A DNA stretch of 63,647 bases, filler included, from Folioceros fuciformis (taxonomy: Eukaryota): assembly GCA_049999805.1 (NCBI GenBank). It is 4 parts of 4 records of this genome, joined end to end, with 100 filler letters (N's around TTAATTAATTAA, not from the genome) between each part and the next. Parts side by side here need not be neighbours in the genome. Positions count along the whole stretch, not along the records: positions 1 to 10,092 come from JBNGIO010005446.1; positions 10,193 to 17,138 come from JBNGIO010005449.1; 2 more parts are not named here. One strand, written 5' to 3'. The translations under genes and the position numbers were made by a program. The notes under the pieces were generated by a model. That model was not told the DNA's origin and made no database searches. It saw only the letters and a list, made by a program, of their open reading frames with translations. Below are positions 1 to 11,245 of this stretch, piece after piece (position 1 is the first letter of the stretch; each line of letters opens with the position of its first letter).

Positions 1-91
1 TTTGTAGTCTAACTCCCTCTTCACTTGTATTGTGTTGTTTTTGTAATCCTCCTTTTATTTGAGTTTAAGAGCCTTGTTATAGTGCTCTTAT

Positions 92-709
92 TTTTGGGAT
101 TCTGCATCTTGCTTCAACTAACTTGTTTTAACCTCTTTTGAGCATGGCGGGGTGACATCTCAACAAGTTGTCCCAAGGTCCTCATTTTGTGATCCTCGCT
201 CTTTATGTTGATGACTTTATCCTCGCAGCAAACAATCTTGCCATGTTAGCGGAGGTTAAGCAACTCTTGAGCACCTTGCCATGTTAGCGGAGGTTAAGCA
301 ATTCTTGAGCACCCGCTTCGAAATGAAGGACATAGGTGAGCTCCAGTTCTGCCTTGGTATACAAATTCTCAGGAATAGTACAAATTCTCAGGAATAGAGC
401 AAAAGGGAGATTGAATATCCATCAGCTCAAGTATATCAATGAGATACTACGCAAGTTTAAGCCAGATCAAGCCACGTCAGTATCCACACCCTATGCTGTG
501 GGCACCAAACTTACATATGACCAGTGTTCACAGACNNNNNNNNNNNNNNNNNNNNNNNNNNNNNNNNNNNNNNNNNNNNNNNNNNNNNNNNNNNNNNNNN
601 NNNNNNNNNNNNNNNNNNNNNNNNNNNNNNNNNNNTTTTGGGATTCTGCATCTTGCTTCAACTAACTTGTTTTAACCTCTTTGAGCATGGCGGGGGTGAC
701 ATCTCAACA
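92..709. repeat. ~74-bp direct repeat (92-165 and 636-709) ending in ...TCAACA, probably an LTR terminus present twice
   Basis: TTTTGGGATTCTGCATCTTGCTTCAACTAACTTG...GACATCTCAACA occurs twice. The second copy abuts an N gap. Confidence 0.6.
170..534 (+). mobile_element. Ty1/copia reverse transcriptase fragment (degenerate)
   Basis: Manual translation gives LYVDDFILAANNL...RFEMKDIGELQFCLGI. It is disrupted by short tandem duplications (about 239-302 and 362-397). Confidence 0.85.
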
Positions 710-2620
710 CCAAGTAGCCTGTGTCCCAACCTGACCCCTGGTGTAGTTATTGGTTTACCTCGAAACTTCAAGACCCAAGTAGGTCTTGTGTATATTTATC
801 CCTGCTTATTCTCAACTTAAGCCGCTTTTGCCCTTATCTCACAAAAAAAAATGAAAAACCACAAAGTCTGGCACTTGTGAGGGGATTCCCAAACAATTTT
901 TCTTCTACATGCACACAAGGACAACTTTGCATTTTTTATGAGTGATCTCGGCTATTGTACCAAGTCAAAGTTCTCTATTAAATTGCAGGTTATCATTGTG
1001 AGTCACAACTTGGCTGAGCTTGCAACGTATGAACCAAAGGAGATACAAGTTGATGGGTGATTGATGTTGTGTTCAAGACTTATATGTATCTTTAAATTCT
1101 TCGTATGTTGTAGTAGCGCTGCAGCTTATATGTGCTAGCAGAGTACTAACCAGCAACGGGGGATAGAGCTGCAGCACCATTATGCAGTGTTTAATGTGTG
1201 TATAATGTGGTGTGGTGTGAGTATTGTTAACTAATGAACCATGAGTGCGATGATTAGCGGCACAGCACAACGGTAGCATGAGATGACTCCCCCGAAACAT
1301 GATGCTTGCAACACCTCTCGAATCATGCTCATGTCGTCCATTGAATGGAAGACAACAATTTAAAACACATCACAAGCTGTCACAACTTGAAATTGCATCA
1401 TCAAATTTTCAAACTCCACTCAAGACAAACGAGTGTCAAACTTCCTTGAGTGGAGACCCAAATCCAAGCCCCTCAGGAGATCCACTACCACTAGTGCAAA
1501 TGGTTGGGCTCCACCTACTTTGCAATATGTAATACACTTCAACATATTATCCCTACCTTGGCTATTTTCTCAAGATGGCTAGAATGTTAATATGTCCTTA
1601 GCTTTCCAGGACTGGATGCTAAAAGCTTTGGCCTTAAATATGTGTTCCACAAAGCTTGGTGTGAGCTGCTTCCAGTCAAGACAATTGCTTGCTCTTTGCA
1701 AGACATTGAGCTAGAATAGCGAGTGTTTAGGGTTTACACAATGATTGTAACAGACAGAGGAAAACTATGACTTACTCACCATCACACAAGATTTCAATTG
1801 CTCAACCATTGCCTTGTGCACATGTGACACCAAACTTACCACATGTGGGTATGTAGGTTGGGAGCTGTTGACTTGCTTTGTTGTTGTAAAGTCTTGGTAG
1901 GGATGCTGCATCTTCCTCATATGTTTTGCAATTTAGATAACAAGCAAAGGTTTTGCTGAAAATATTTAACATAAGTTTGTTCTACAAGACAACATGAAAT
2001 ATGTATACTTGGCTGTTTGTTAAGGCAGCTCTAGATTGTTTTTTTCCACTATTTTAACTTCATCTAATTTTATTTATTTTATCTATATATTTTATTTTAT
2101 TTATTTTATTTCAACTAAACCCTTATAAGGATGAGGAGACCTTGATTAAAACAAAAAAGAAAAAGAGATAGTAGACCCATCTGCATACTCTTAAAGCAAG
2201 CGAAATGACAGGCTGGGGGCTATCCCCAACAACCATGACCTTTTACACTATGGAATACCATATTCTCGATTAGATGCCTCTTGGAAAGGTAAAGTCAGTA
2301 GCGGGAACAACAACTGGTCTTTTATCCCACCTGTTCTCGACGACGCTGTTGGTGCGAGCTCCACACTGACGAGTGAAGCACGTTGGTTTCGGCAGCACCC
2401 ACTGATCGAAAGGCCTAGCGCCGGTCCGAAGTAAAGGTGACGCGAACTGGAGACAAAGCTGTGCTATCTGGGTGTCGGAGCTCAGTCATATGAGCTAGAC
2501 CGGGGAGGGGCAGGATCTGGCGGAAGAGGGTTCCTGTCACTTCGGAATCTCCCCTGGCCGACCAACCAAATTCCTGATCAGAGCTCTCGCGAGTCACAGA
2601 GAGTGGACGATGGACTGGAC

Positions 2621-4205
2621 ATGCTGTCTGGCATGAGCACGTTGTTAGGTGCCAGCGTGTACTCTGCCTATGCAAGGGAGAAGGAAAAGGCTGCAATGAA
2701 AGCTCAGAGGGATAGATCGCTGTTGTTGCGGTGGCGTGTGGCTTACTTTTTGGGTCTGACATCAGGGGCTCACTGTAGGATCAAATTATTGGTTGCGCTC
2801 TTTTTATTCGTCTCAATCGTTGCTCTCACCGGGAACGCTGCGAATTTGATGGGATGGCAGCACGGCGGCACTCCGCTCAAGTCTTTGGTTTCCAGGTGAG
2901 CTTTTACCCAAAATGCTTGAGTTTCTACTTCATCGGACAGCTCAGGTGGGTTCCTACATATCATGCCAGCTAACATACGAATCTTCCAACTCACATTAAT
3001 GAGAGCTCTGCCTTCCTCTTGCAGGCAGAGTTACACAGTTCTCATCAACACCTTCAAGCGGAATGACCTTCTCAAGCAGACGGTGGCTCATTACGCATCC
3101 TGTCGCAGTGTAGATTCTATCCACGTTGTGTGGAGTGAGAAGGAGCCCCCTTCAGATTCTCTCCGAGCAACCTTGAGGCATTCTGTCACAACCAGTTCGA
3201 GCCAATATGCCCACACGCCGGAGCTTAAGTTTGATATTAATGAGGATGATGACTTGAACAACAGGTTTAAACCGATCAAGGATCTGCAAACCGAGGCAGT
3301 CTTCTCGATTGACGATGATGTTATCATATCGTGCGACACCATGGACTATGCCTTCAGCGCATGGCTGAGTTCTTCCGACAGTATGGTTGGATTTGTTCCA
3401 CGGATGCACTGGATCCAAGCAAAGGTAGCGTACCTGCCTCCCCATTTTTTGGTCCACCAGTCTCTTTGCGTGCCCAGTTTCGTCTTGTGCTCATTTTTGT
3501 GGTTTACACGGAGTAAGATATGTAGTGGTTGGTTGTACTTGAGACCTGAAGTTGCCCTGGAGCTAGTTTGACATGCTCTCCTCTTTTCACAGAAGCACGG
3601 GGCATCTGAATATACATATGGTGGATGGTGGTCCGTTTGGTGGACGGGTACTTACAGCATGGTTCTCACAAAAGCTGCTTTCATGCACAAGAAATACCTT
3701 GATATGTACACCAATAGGATGCCCGCATCGATTAGAGCTTTCACAAAAACAGAGAGGTAACTAGTTTGCAGTGTGCCGTGGCTGCAGCCGCATCATTTTT
3801 CCCCCGTGTGTATCCACCTGCTGAAGTTGACCGTGATTTCTGTGGCCTGTCTTCGTGCAGAAACTGTGAGGACATTGCCATGTCATTTCTGGTTGCAAAT
3901 GCAACTAGTGCTCCTCCTATCTGGGTCAAGGGTATGTTCCTTCCTCTACACCACATGGTTCCTATCATGATATGCTCAGAGTCTTCCGTATCACCGTTGC
4001 TTTACAAATGGTAACAATGTCTCTGGTTCTCATGCGGCCTCCAGGTAAGGTTGTAGAGATCGGCTCCACGGGTATTAGTAGTTTATCAGGTCACAGTCAA
4101 CATCGAACCAACTGTGTGAACAGATTCGTCTCAGAATTTGGGTATATGCCTCTTGTGGAGACCCGTGTGAAAGCGGTCGACGCAGGTCGTGAATGGTTCT
4201 GGTGA
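2621..4205 (+). CDS. Glycosyltransferase family 64 protein (EPC1/EXTL2-like). Exons approx 2621-2895, 3025-3424, 3593-3756, 3861-3931, 4045-4205
   Basis: N-terminal TM segment, then YTVLINTFKRNDLL, LNNRFKP, FSIDDD, VGFVPRMHW, YGGWWSVWWTGTYSMVLTKAAF and RNCEDIAMSFLVAN. GT-AG introns join in frame. Confidence 0.93.
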
Positions 4206-4678
4206 AGTTTCGGATAATCTGCAGGGATTCTTGGTTGACGGGCCCTGTGTACTGGTTTCGTTCCACCAAACCCCACTGGTTGACGCAACCGCACTGGCTA
4301 CGTAGAATTGTTGCTGCGTGTGCAAACATGGCCCACAGGAACGCTAGCCGCAATTGCTACGTAGAATTGTTGTTGTCAATGTACCACATAACCTGCAGCA
4401 CCGCCAGTGCCCGCCACATCGTTGCACACGCAGTCCATATCAGTGCCAGATATACTTACTACAGTGTATTGTTGCTGCCTTGTGCACATGTAACCTACAA
4501 AGCATTGCTGCAAAATTGATACTAAAAATTATAATGTTTAATAATATTATCTTGAAATTGATGCACACATAACATTATGTTTTGTAGGATATTAAGTATT
4601 TTCATATTCTAAGATTGGCTTCTTTATGGAACACTGATTCCAAGTCTTGATGGATTCCATTTATGGATGTGTTTTACT

Positions 4679-4756
4679 GGGTCGTGAATGGAAGATCTAG
4701 GTTAGGGGTCGTGAATGGAAGATCTAGGATATGGGTCATGAATGGAAGGTCTAGGT
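4679..4756. repeat. Tandem repeat, ~27-bp unit x3 (GGGTCGTGAATGGAAGATCTAGG core)
   Basis: Read directly from the sequence. Confidence 0.85.
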
Positions 4757-4905
4757 TATTAACTATCGTCGAGTTTAGGGGTTTACGGTTACGGACTTAC
4801 GAAGCGGTGAGTGGTGTGGGCATATAGACTGGTGTGGAGCAAGGGAGAGGTGTTGTGGGTGTACAGTGGTGTGGGTTTAGGGTTTACGGTTAGGGTTTAG
4901 GAACC

Positions 4906-5200
4906 TTTATCAGCATCCTTGAACAAAATAGGTTTAGAGTTTTATCAACATTGTGGAGTAAAATAGGTTTATGGTTTTATCAATATCGTGGAGCAAAATA
5001 GGTTTAGGGTTTTATCAACGTCGTGGAGCAAAATAGGTTTAGGGTTTTATCAACATATCGTGGAGCAAAATAGGTTTAGGGTTTTATCAACATATCGTGG
5101 AGCAAAATAGGTTTAGGATTTAGCAACATGGTGGAGAAAAATGGATTTAGGGTTTTAGTAGTGTCATGGAGCAAAATGGGTTCTGGTTTGAGCAACATAG
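4906..5200. repeat. Minisatellite, 35-37-bp unit x~8, containing telomere-like GGTTTAGGGTTT
   Basis: Consensus is approximately TTTATCAACATCGTGGAGCAAAATAGGTTTAGGGT, and the copies decay toward the right. Confidence 0.85.
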
Positions 5201-6197
5201 CGGAGCATATGGCATAGAGTGGAGCATATGGAGGGCATCATAGGGTTACGGTTTACAATGAGGAGGACACTTGTTTGGTTTTGATCTTTATACAGGACTT
5301 TCTACATGCCTTTATCATATGGCACATGACACTAGCCTTTACATGTCAAGGACAACCCTTCGTAGTGTGTTCTCGAGCTGAAGGGGGGGTGAAATGCTAG
5401 ATTGGTCATAATCGTAAGGACTTCGACGAGACCACTTGGGTGGCACAAGTGCAACTTGCTTCTTTTTTCAAACCAATTGCTAATTCTCTTCCAATAAATA
5501 CCCTAGAGCCGCCCTTAGAGGCTTGGTTGTGGTTGCGAGGGCAATTTGATCACTTGTTGGCTCTTTTCCATGCTTGTGTTCCATACCTCGCCTCTTTCGA
5601 CGTCTCCCTAAGCACCTACATGATGATATTCGCCTTGCTCATCGTCTTCCCTTAGATCACCTTGCTTGGGACCCAAGGTATGAGGATGCTTTGATTTTGT
5701 TCCTTTTCCTCCTCAGATGGTACCTTTGGCGCTCTAGGGGTGGTCCTTCAGGTCATAGGGAGGTGGCCTCTCGACTTTGCCATTTTCGGTATAGAGATTA
5801 GCAAGCTCTGTAGGAAGAGGACCTAGTAGAAACAAAATCTTGTTTGGAGTTAGCTAAGGCTAACAAGGTTTGCTATAACCCATTTAAAGCTTGTCTCAAG
5901 TGGTGTCTCATGTTGGGCATGGATGGATGGTGAACATGCTCGAGCTGCTAGAGCGTTACGCCTAGAACCTTCAGGTGTAAATGTAATTACTGTGGCATAC
6001 TTGGTAGTGGTACGTGACTGTCGAAAAAAGCAAGCCAATGAATCTCACAAGGAGACTTCATCCAGTGCAGCCAGTAACATAGTGGTGAAGAAGCAATCGA
6101 CTCCCTCTATTCTCACAATTTTGACAAGGGATGTTGCTAACCCATTTGTTCAGCCCCTTCACTTGTCTACAAATGCTTTCACCAAACCTTTAGGTGA

Positions 6198-6690
6198 ATG
6201 ATATTTAGATACAGGCACAACTACACATATATGTTTCGACATAGATGCATTCGATACATACCAGTCAATGAAAGATGAGTACGTTTACTTGGGAGATGAT
6301 AGATCTCTTATTTCACTTGGCAAAGGCATAGTTAGAATATCGGTACCTTATGGGGTAACACTGCTTCTTTATGAAGTTTACTATGTGCTAGATCTGACAA
6401 GGAATTTGATATATATTACGTGACTAAATGCAAATAACAATTGCCATGTCTTATTTCTACAAGCAGAATGACAATTAATTGATAGCATGATGCATTTGAT
6501 CATAGGAAAATACTTGCCTTTGAATCATTTGCAAATGGTTTGTTCTTCCTTCACACAAAGTAGGAACCTGTAGAGTCTAACCTAACACAAGATGTGTTCT
6601 TAGCTTCATATCAACATATAGAGAAGTCTAAGAGGTGGCATGCTAGATTAGGACATCCACATAATTCTAAGTTGCACAAATTAGCAACTA
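6198..6690 (+). mobile_element. Ty1/copia protease and GAG-pre-integrase remnant
   Basis: *YLDTGTTTHIC (protease-like motif) and WHARLGHP, with stops and frameshifts. Confidence 0.75.
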
Positions 6691-8199
6691 GTGAAATTGC
6701 ATCTCTATCAAGATGGGAAGAGGAGAAAACGGCCCAGCACTAGGTCCAAGCCCTGAAGGTAGAACTTGCGCGCATGCACGAAGATGCGAAGACACAAACA
6801 AGCGTGGGAGGAAGAGTGCAAAGTACCGGTGGGATGCGCCAACAGTTTGCGGGCCAAGACAGAAGAACTGCTGGCGCAATTGGCGGACTACGAAACGTGG
6901 GAAGACCACACAGAGGTAGCTCTCCTCATGGCATAGGCCTCCGACCGTCTCCAACCTCCGGCTGCGAGAATCGACTACAGTCTACTCAATGGCTGTAGAG
7001 GAATTTCGGAGGTATGTCGCGTTGGCAGCAGCACAACACACCGACTTACCTAAAGCCAAGTGGCGACTGGATGACCAGACACTCCGTCAGATGGTGGTGG
7101 ATGACATCCGGCAACTCAATGACAGCCACGCCTTCTTCCGCAGTGAGGTCCTTTAGTATCTGAGACCGCACAGGCCGTGGCAGGCACAGCTACTTTGGCA
7201 CCTCCCTCGGATGTGCGTACTATACATAGAAGTTCACATGCTCTGACTTGCGAACCTTCCTCCCCAAAAGTTGATACTCAACTCCTCGTTCGCTTGCCAT
7301 AGGTCGGTTCCATCACTTTGCCTATTCCAATCGACAGAGCAGAATCTACCCCTAGTCCCACCTCACTCGTAGAACCCGCTCCAACAGTGGACTCCGCCGA
7401 TCCCACCTCTCCTACCCGCCACCTTCCCAGTAAGGCAAGGTGTCAGTTGACAGCTAGCTCCTTGTAGAATCAAACTATCAGGACCTTAGAGTAGGTCATA
7501 TGATCTTTTCCATTTATGTTGGCTATTTTAAACATGAAGGTCGTTTTTTTGTATGAAACCCCTTCTGTGATAGACGAAAGGGGGCTCATTCCCTGCTTCC
7601 TGCCCATAGTACGCTTTTTCATTCTGTCGCCCCCGCCTCGCATTTGATCTCTCGTCTTCCTTTCCGCCTGATACCTCATCTCCCACCCCGTCAGCCCCCG
7701 TCGGACAATCCCTATCTCNNNNNNNNNNNNNNNNNNNNNNNNNNNNNNNNNNNNNNNNNNNNNNNNNNNNNNNNNNNNNNNNNNNNNNNNNNNNNNNNNN
7801 NNNNNNNNNNNNNNNNNNCCATCTCCAAGAGCGACGAAGATACACGACGCTTGGGGAGTGCACCTGGCCAACCTCTTAACCATCGACTACAACGAACGCC
7901 TCCCTCAATGGATTGCAAGCGGTAAGGATCAAGTTAAGTTGCCAACACTCACTCTTCGCAACGCACCTCTTCCTCCTCTCCTCCACATGTCATTGACTCC
8001 ACCCCTCCCTTTCGGACCCCGTGGAGCATCACCAAGGTGTCTGGTTCCCCGTCTTCCTTCTTAACGCCCTCTCCCACTTTGACTCCACTCCTTCTTTCCT
8101 TCGGCATCCCATCGAACCCACGCAAGACTTCTCGACATTATTGACTGCCTCCCCTACTTCATCTCCTCCTCTCTCCTTCGTCCTACGATGGGTCCGCCA

Positions 8200-8770
8200 A
8201 TTTTGTGCTTACACAATGACAAAGTACTTCAACATTAGGCATCGCAAGACCACCCCCTACAACCCCAAGGCAAATGGTCTCACAAAGAACTCCAACAGAT
8301 TGTTGTGCAATATCTTGGCCAAAGTTACTATCGCGCATGTGTACGATTGGGACACAAAGCTACACTTAGCCTTGTGGGCATACAGGATAGTAAAGAAGGT
8401 GACCACAAAGAAGATTCCATATTTCTTGATGTATGGCATGTCACCAATCATGCCAATTGAATTTGAGGTGCCTACCTACATAATTGTGGAGAACGAACGT
8501 TTGTTTACGAAGGAGAGTCAAGATGAGAGGCTGACGTTGTTAGTTGCTCATAAAGAAGGAAGGGAAGACACGCTAGAGGAGACGTACCATATATAAGAGC
8601 AAAGGAAGCGAAGGCATGATGCTAAAATGAAGCACCAAGAGACTTAGCTTTGCCCTATGACACCCGTTACATCAATTTTCCTGGCAAGTTGCGATTGCAT
8701 TGGTTAGGCCCTTATGAAATCGTGGACGTATTTTCCAATGGTTTGGTTCAACTCAAAATCCTAAATGGAA
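8200..8770 (+). mobile_element. Ty3/gypsy integrase C-terminal remnant
   Basis: TTPYNPKANGL, WDTKLHLALWAYR and FPGKLRLHWLGPY (GPY/F motif). Confidence 0.85.
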
Positions 8771-10193
8771 CGGGTGGAAAGTCAAGAAATATCATCAGCA
8801 TGAAGGATCGACTGTTTGTGGGGTCACAAATAGTTGAGAAGGGGAAAATATGTGGAAAGTGAAATTTTGGGATACAGGATAGGCTCCTATCCTATCCTAT
8901 CCTATCCTTTTGAGTGTTTTGCCCAACAAGCGGTTAAGTGTGTTTCTTCTTTCTCTTTTGTGTTTGTTGAAGCCTTGTTTTGTTTTTTTTTTAATCTTTG
9001 GTGGTCAAGTTACGAGTCAATCATACCTATGCGTGTTGTAGGTGTGAAATGTCAATGTCCAACCAGACTTCGCTTGATTATTCTATTATTTGTGTCAAAA
9101 GGAGTGAACCCATTCAGATAGGTAGTTTGATTTTTGTAGGTGACATCCGGCCATCAAGAGTGTGAGTGTTTTGAAGTGTTGTTTTGTCAGTCCTACAAGT
9201 TAGTAGGAGAATAAAATCCTAGGTTTAATAGGATAATAAGTGTCAAGTGTTAGTTAATGTTAGTTAACTGTCCATGGATGATAAATCTTCGTGGTAGGTA
9301 GGTAAGGCAACGAAGGGTTGTCAAGAACTTAAGGAAATCAAAGGAGATTTTGGGACACGTATTAGCATGCATAGTGGAAGTAAACAACCAGGTGTAAACA
9401 TGTGTGGACTACTTACCCTTCACAGCGAGTGGAATCACCAAGTAGACTCTCACCTTATGCTTGCTCTTCAACACTGGAAGGTTGTTTGCCTACCTCAATT
9501 CATGTGGAGACAAATTTCAAATTGGCTAGAGCACGAAGTGCGTTGTGCTCAAGGGGCGAGCTCCTGATATACACAGTGGAGGTTTCAAAGGCCAGGGAGC
9601 GTAAGAGGTTTGATTTTTCGATGTGTGCAGAACAGGTGGATTCTCTGGCCCTTGGTGTTTTCAAAAATTGGCAACTGCCTATAAAAGATGGCCAAGGCTA
9701 TCAAAACGAACCAAGCAAGGCAAAATGACAAGACTCACATGAGAAGTGGGAAAAGTCACTCTTAAGAGGGATGCGTACCCATAGCATATATAAGGGGATC
9801 CGTTGGATTTGGAGGAGTTGGAGCTGACCGTGGAGGAAGAGAGGATTCACCTACACAAAAAAATCTTAATGATCAATCGAGGATTGCCAAGAGGAAGGCC
9901 ATTGAGCCCCATGATGATGATCAAGCGAAGGTGAAGAAAGCCATCTCTCCCATGTAAAAAATGGAAGGAAGACTATGATATGGATGGTGAAGACTTTGAA
10001 TGGGAAGAGGTACCCTAGCAAGAGGAAGAAGAGTGGGCGCGAGTGTTAAGCATGATTAATATTGATATTAATTAGTGCTAATCCAGCTTATTNNNNNNNN
10101 NNNNNNNNNNNNNNNNNNNNNNNNNNNNNNNNNNNNTTAATTAATTAANNNNNNNNNNNNNNNNNNNNNNNNNNNNNNNNNNNNNNNNNNNNG

Positions 10194-10330
10194 AGCTCTT
10201 CTAGAGGGTATAAATACCCCCTTGAGCTCCCTTGTCAACCACACTCTCAATATGACCTCTTTTTCTCCTCTCCTCTCTACCTCCTCTTCTCCTCTCCTCC
10301 ACCATGCTCCTCTAGTAATCCTACATGAGG
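10194..10330 (+). mobile_element. LTR fragment with TATA box, same family as the 52670-52800 segment (opposite orientation)
   Basis: GAGCTCTTCTAGAGGGTATAAATACCCCCTTGAGCTCCCTTG matches the reverse complement of about 52755-52800. Confidence 0.6.
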
Positions 10331-10392
10331 CGTCTTGCCAACTCTGCTCCTCTTTGGTCGGATTCGCAGCAAAATTCGGCTATGATAGCAAG

Positions 10393-11245
10393 TGTCACGC
10401 TCTCGATTCCTAGACCCAGCTAGATTTCTAGGGTCGGATCCAGAATTCGTGAAGGAGCCGTCTTAGATAGGCTGTCTTTAGGTTCAATGTCCAGGGCCTA
10501 AGAAGGCTGGTCTTGNNNNNNNNNNNNNNNNNNNNNNNNNNNNNNNNNNNNNNNNNNNNNNNNNNNNNNNNNNNNNNNNNNNNNNNNNNNNNNNNNNNNN
10601 NNNNNNNNNNNNNNNAGGCTGTCTTTAGGTTCAATGTCCAGGGCCTAAGAAGGCTGGTCTTGGTTCAGGCCAAGAAGGCCCAAACAACAGACTCTAACTA
10701 CTTCCTAAGGTAAATCGGCAAATATCCTAATTATTCTAATTACCCTAGCTTAAGTAACGCTTTTAAATAGCTCATCTAAGTATACTTTATCTAACATGCC
10801 TTTTCTCATACCCGTTCAAGTTCACACCGTCATAATTGGGAATTGGGATTTTTGTGGGTACCCTATCTGGTGCCTTAGACCTAGCAGGGTTNNNNNNNNN
10901 NNNNNNNNNNNNNNNNNNNNNNNNNNNNNNNNNNNNNNNNNNNNNNNNNNNNNNNNNNNNNNNNNNNNNNNNNNNNNNNNNNNNNNNNNNNGTAAATTGG
11001 TAATTATCCTAATTATTCTAATTACCCTAGCTTAAGTGACGCCTACAAATAGCTCATTTAAGTATACTTTATCTAGCATGCCTTTTCTCATACCCGTTCG
11101 CGTTCGCACCGTTATAATCGAGAATCGGGATTTTTGTGGGTACCCTATCTGGTGCCTTAGACCTAGTAGGTTCCAGCCGTCTCTGCAGCGTCGTTCTCCT
11201 TGCTGGTGATCGTCACGGGCGTTCCTGCTCCTGGCGATCGTAACA
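10393..11245 (-). repeat. 3' LTR of the chromovirus (gapped, partly duplicated across N runs), preceded on the minus strand by the polypurine tract GGGGGAGAA
   Basis: The minus strand reads GGGGGAGAA-TGTTACG...GTGACA, and the sequence matches 16522-16830. Confidence 0.85.

Noticed and set aside
10137-10148. TTAATTAATTAA centred in N runs (also 17183-17194 and 38330-38341)
   Set aside because: An identical stop-codon linker inside equal-sized gaps is a scaffolding artefact. It also means adjacency across these joins, including the 5' end of copy A, is uncertain.
10460-11170. Apparent internal tandem duplications in the 3' LTR
   Set aside because: The duplicated stretches flank N gaps and are single in the 5' LTR, so they are likely unmerged contig overlaps.
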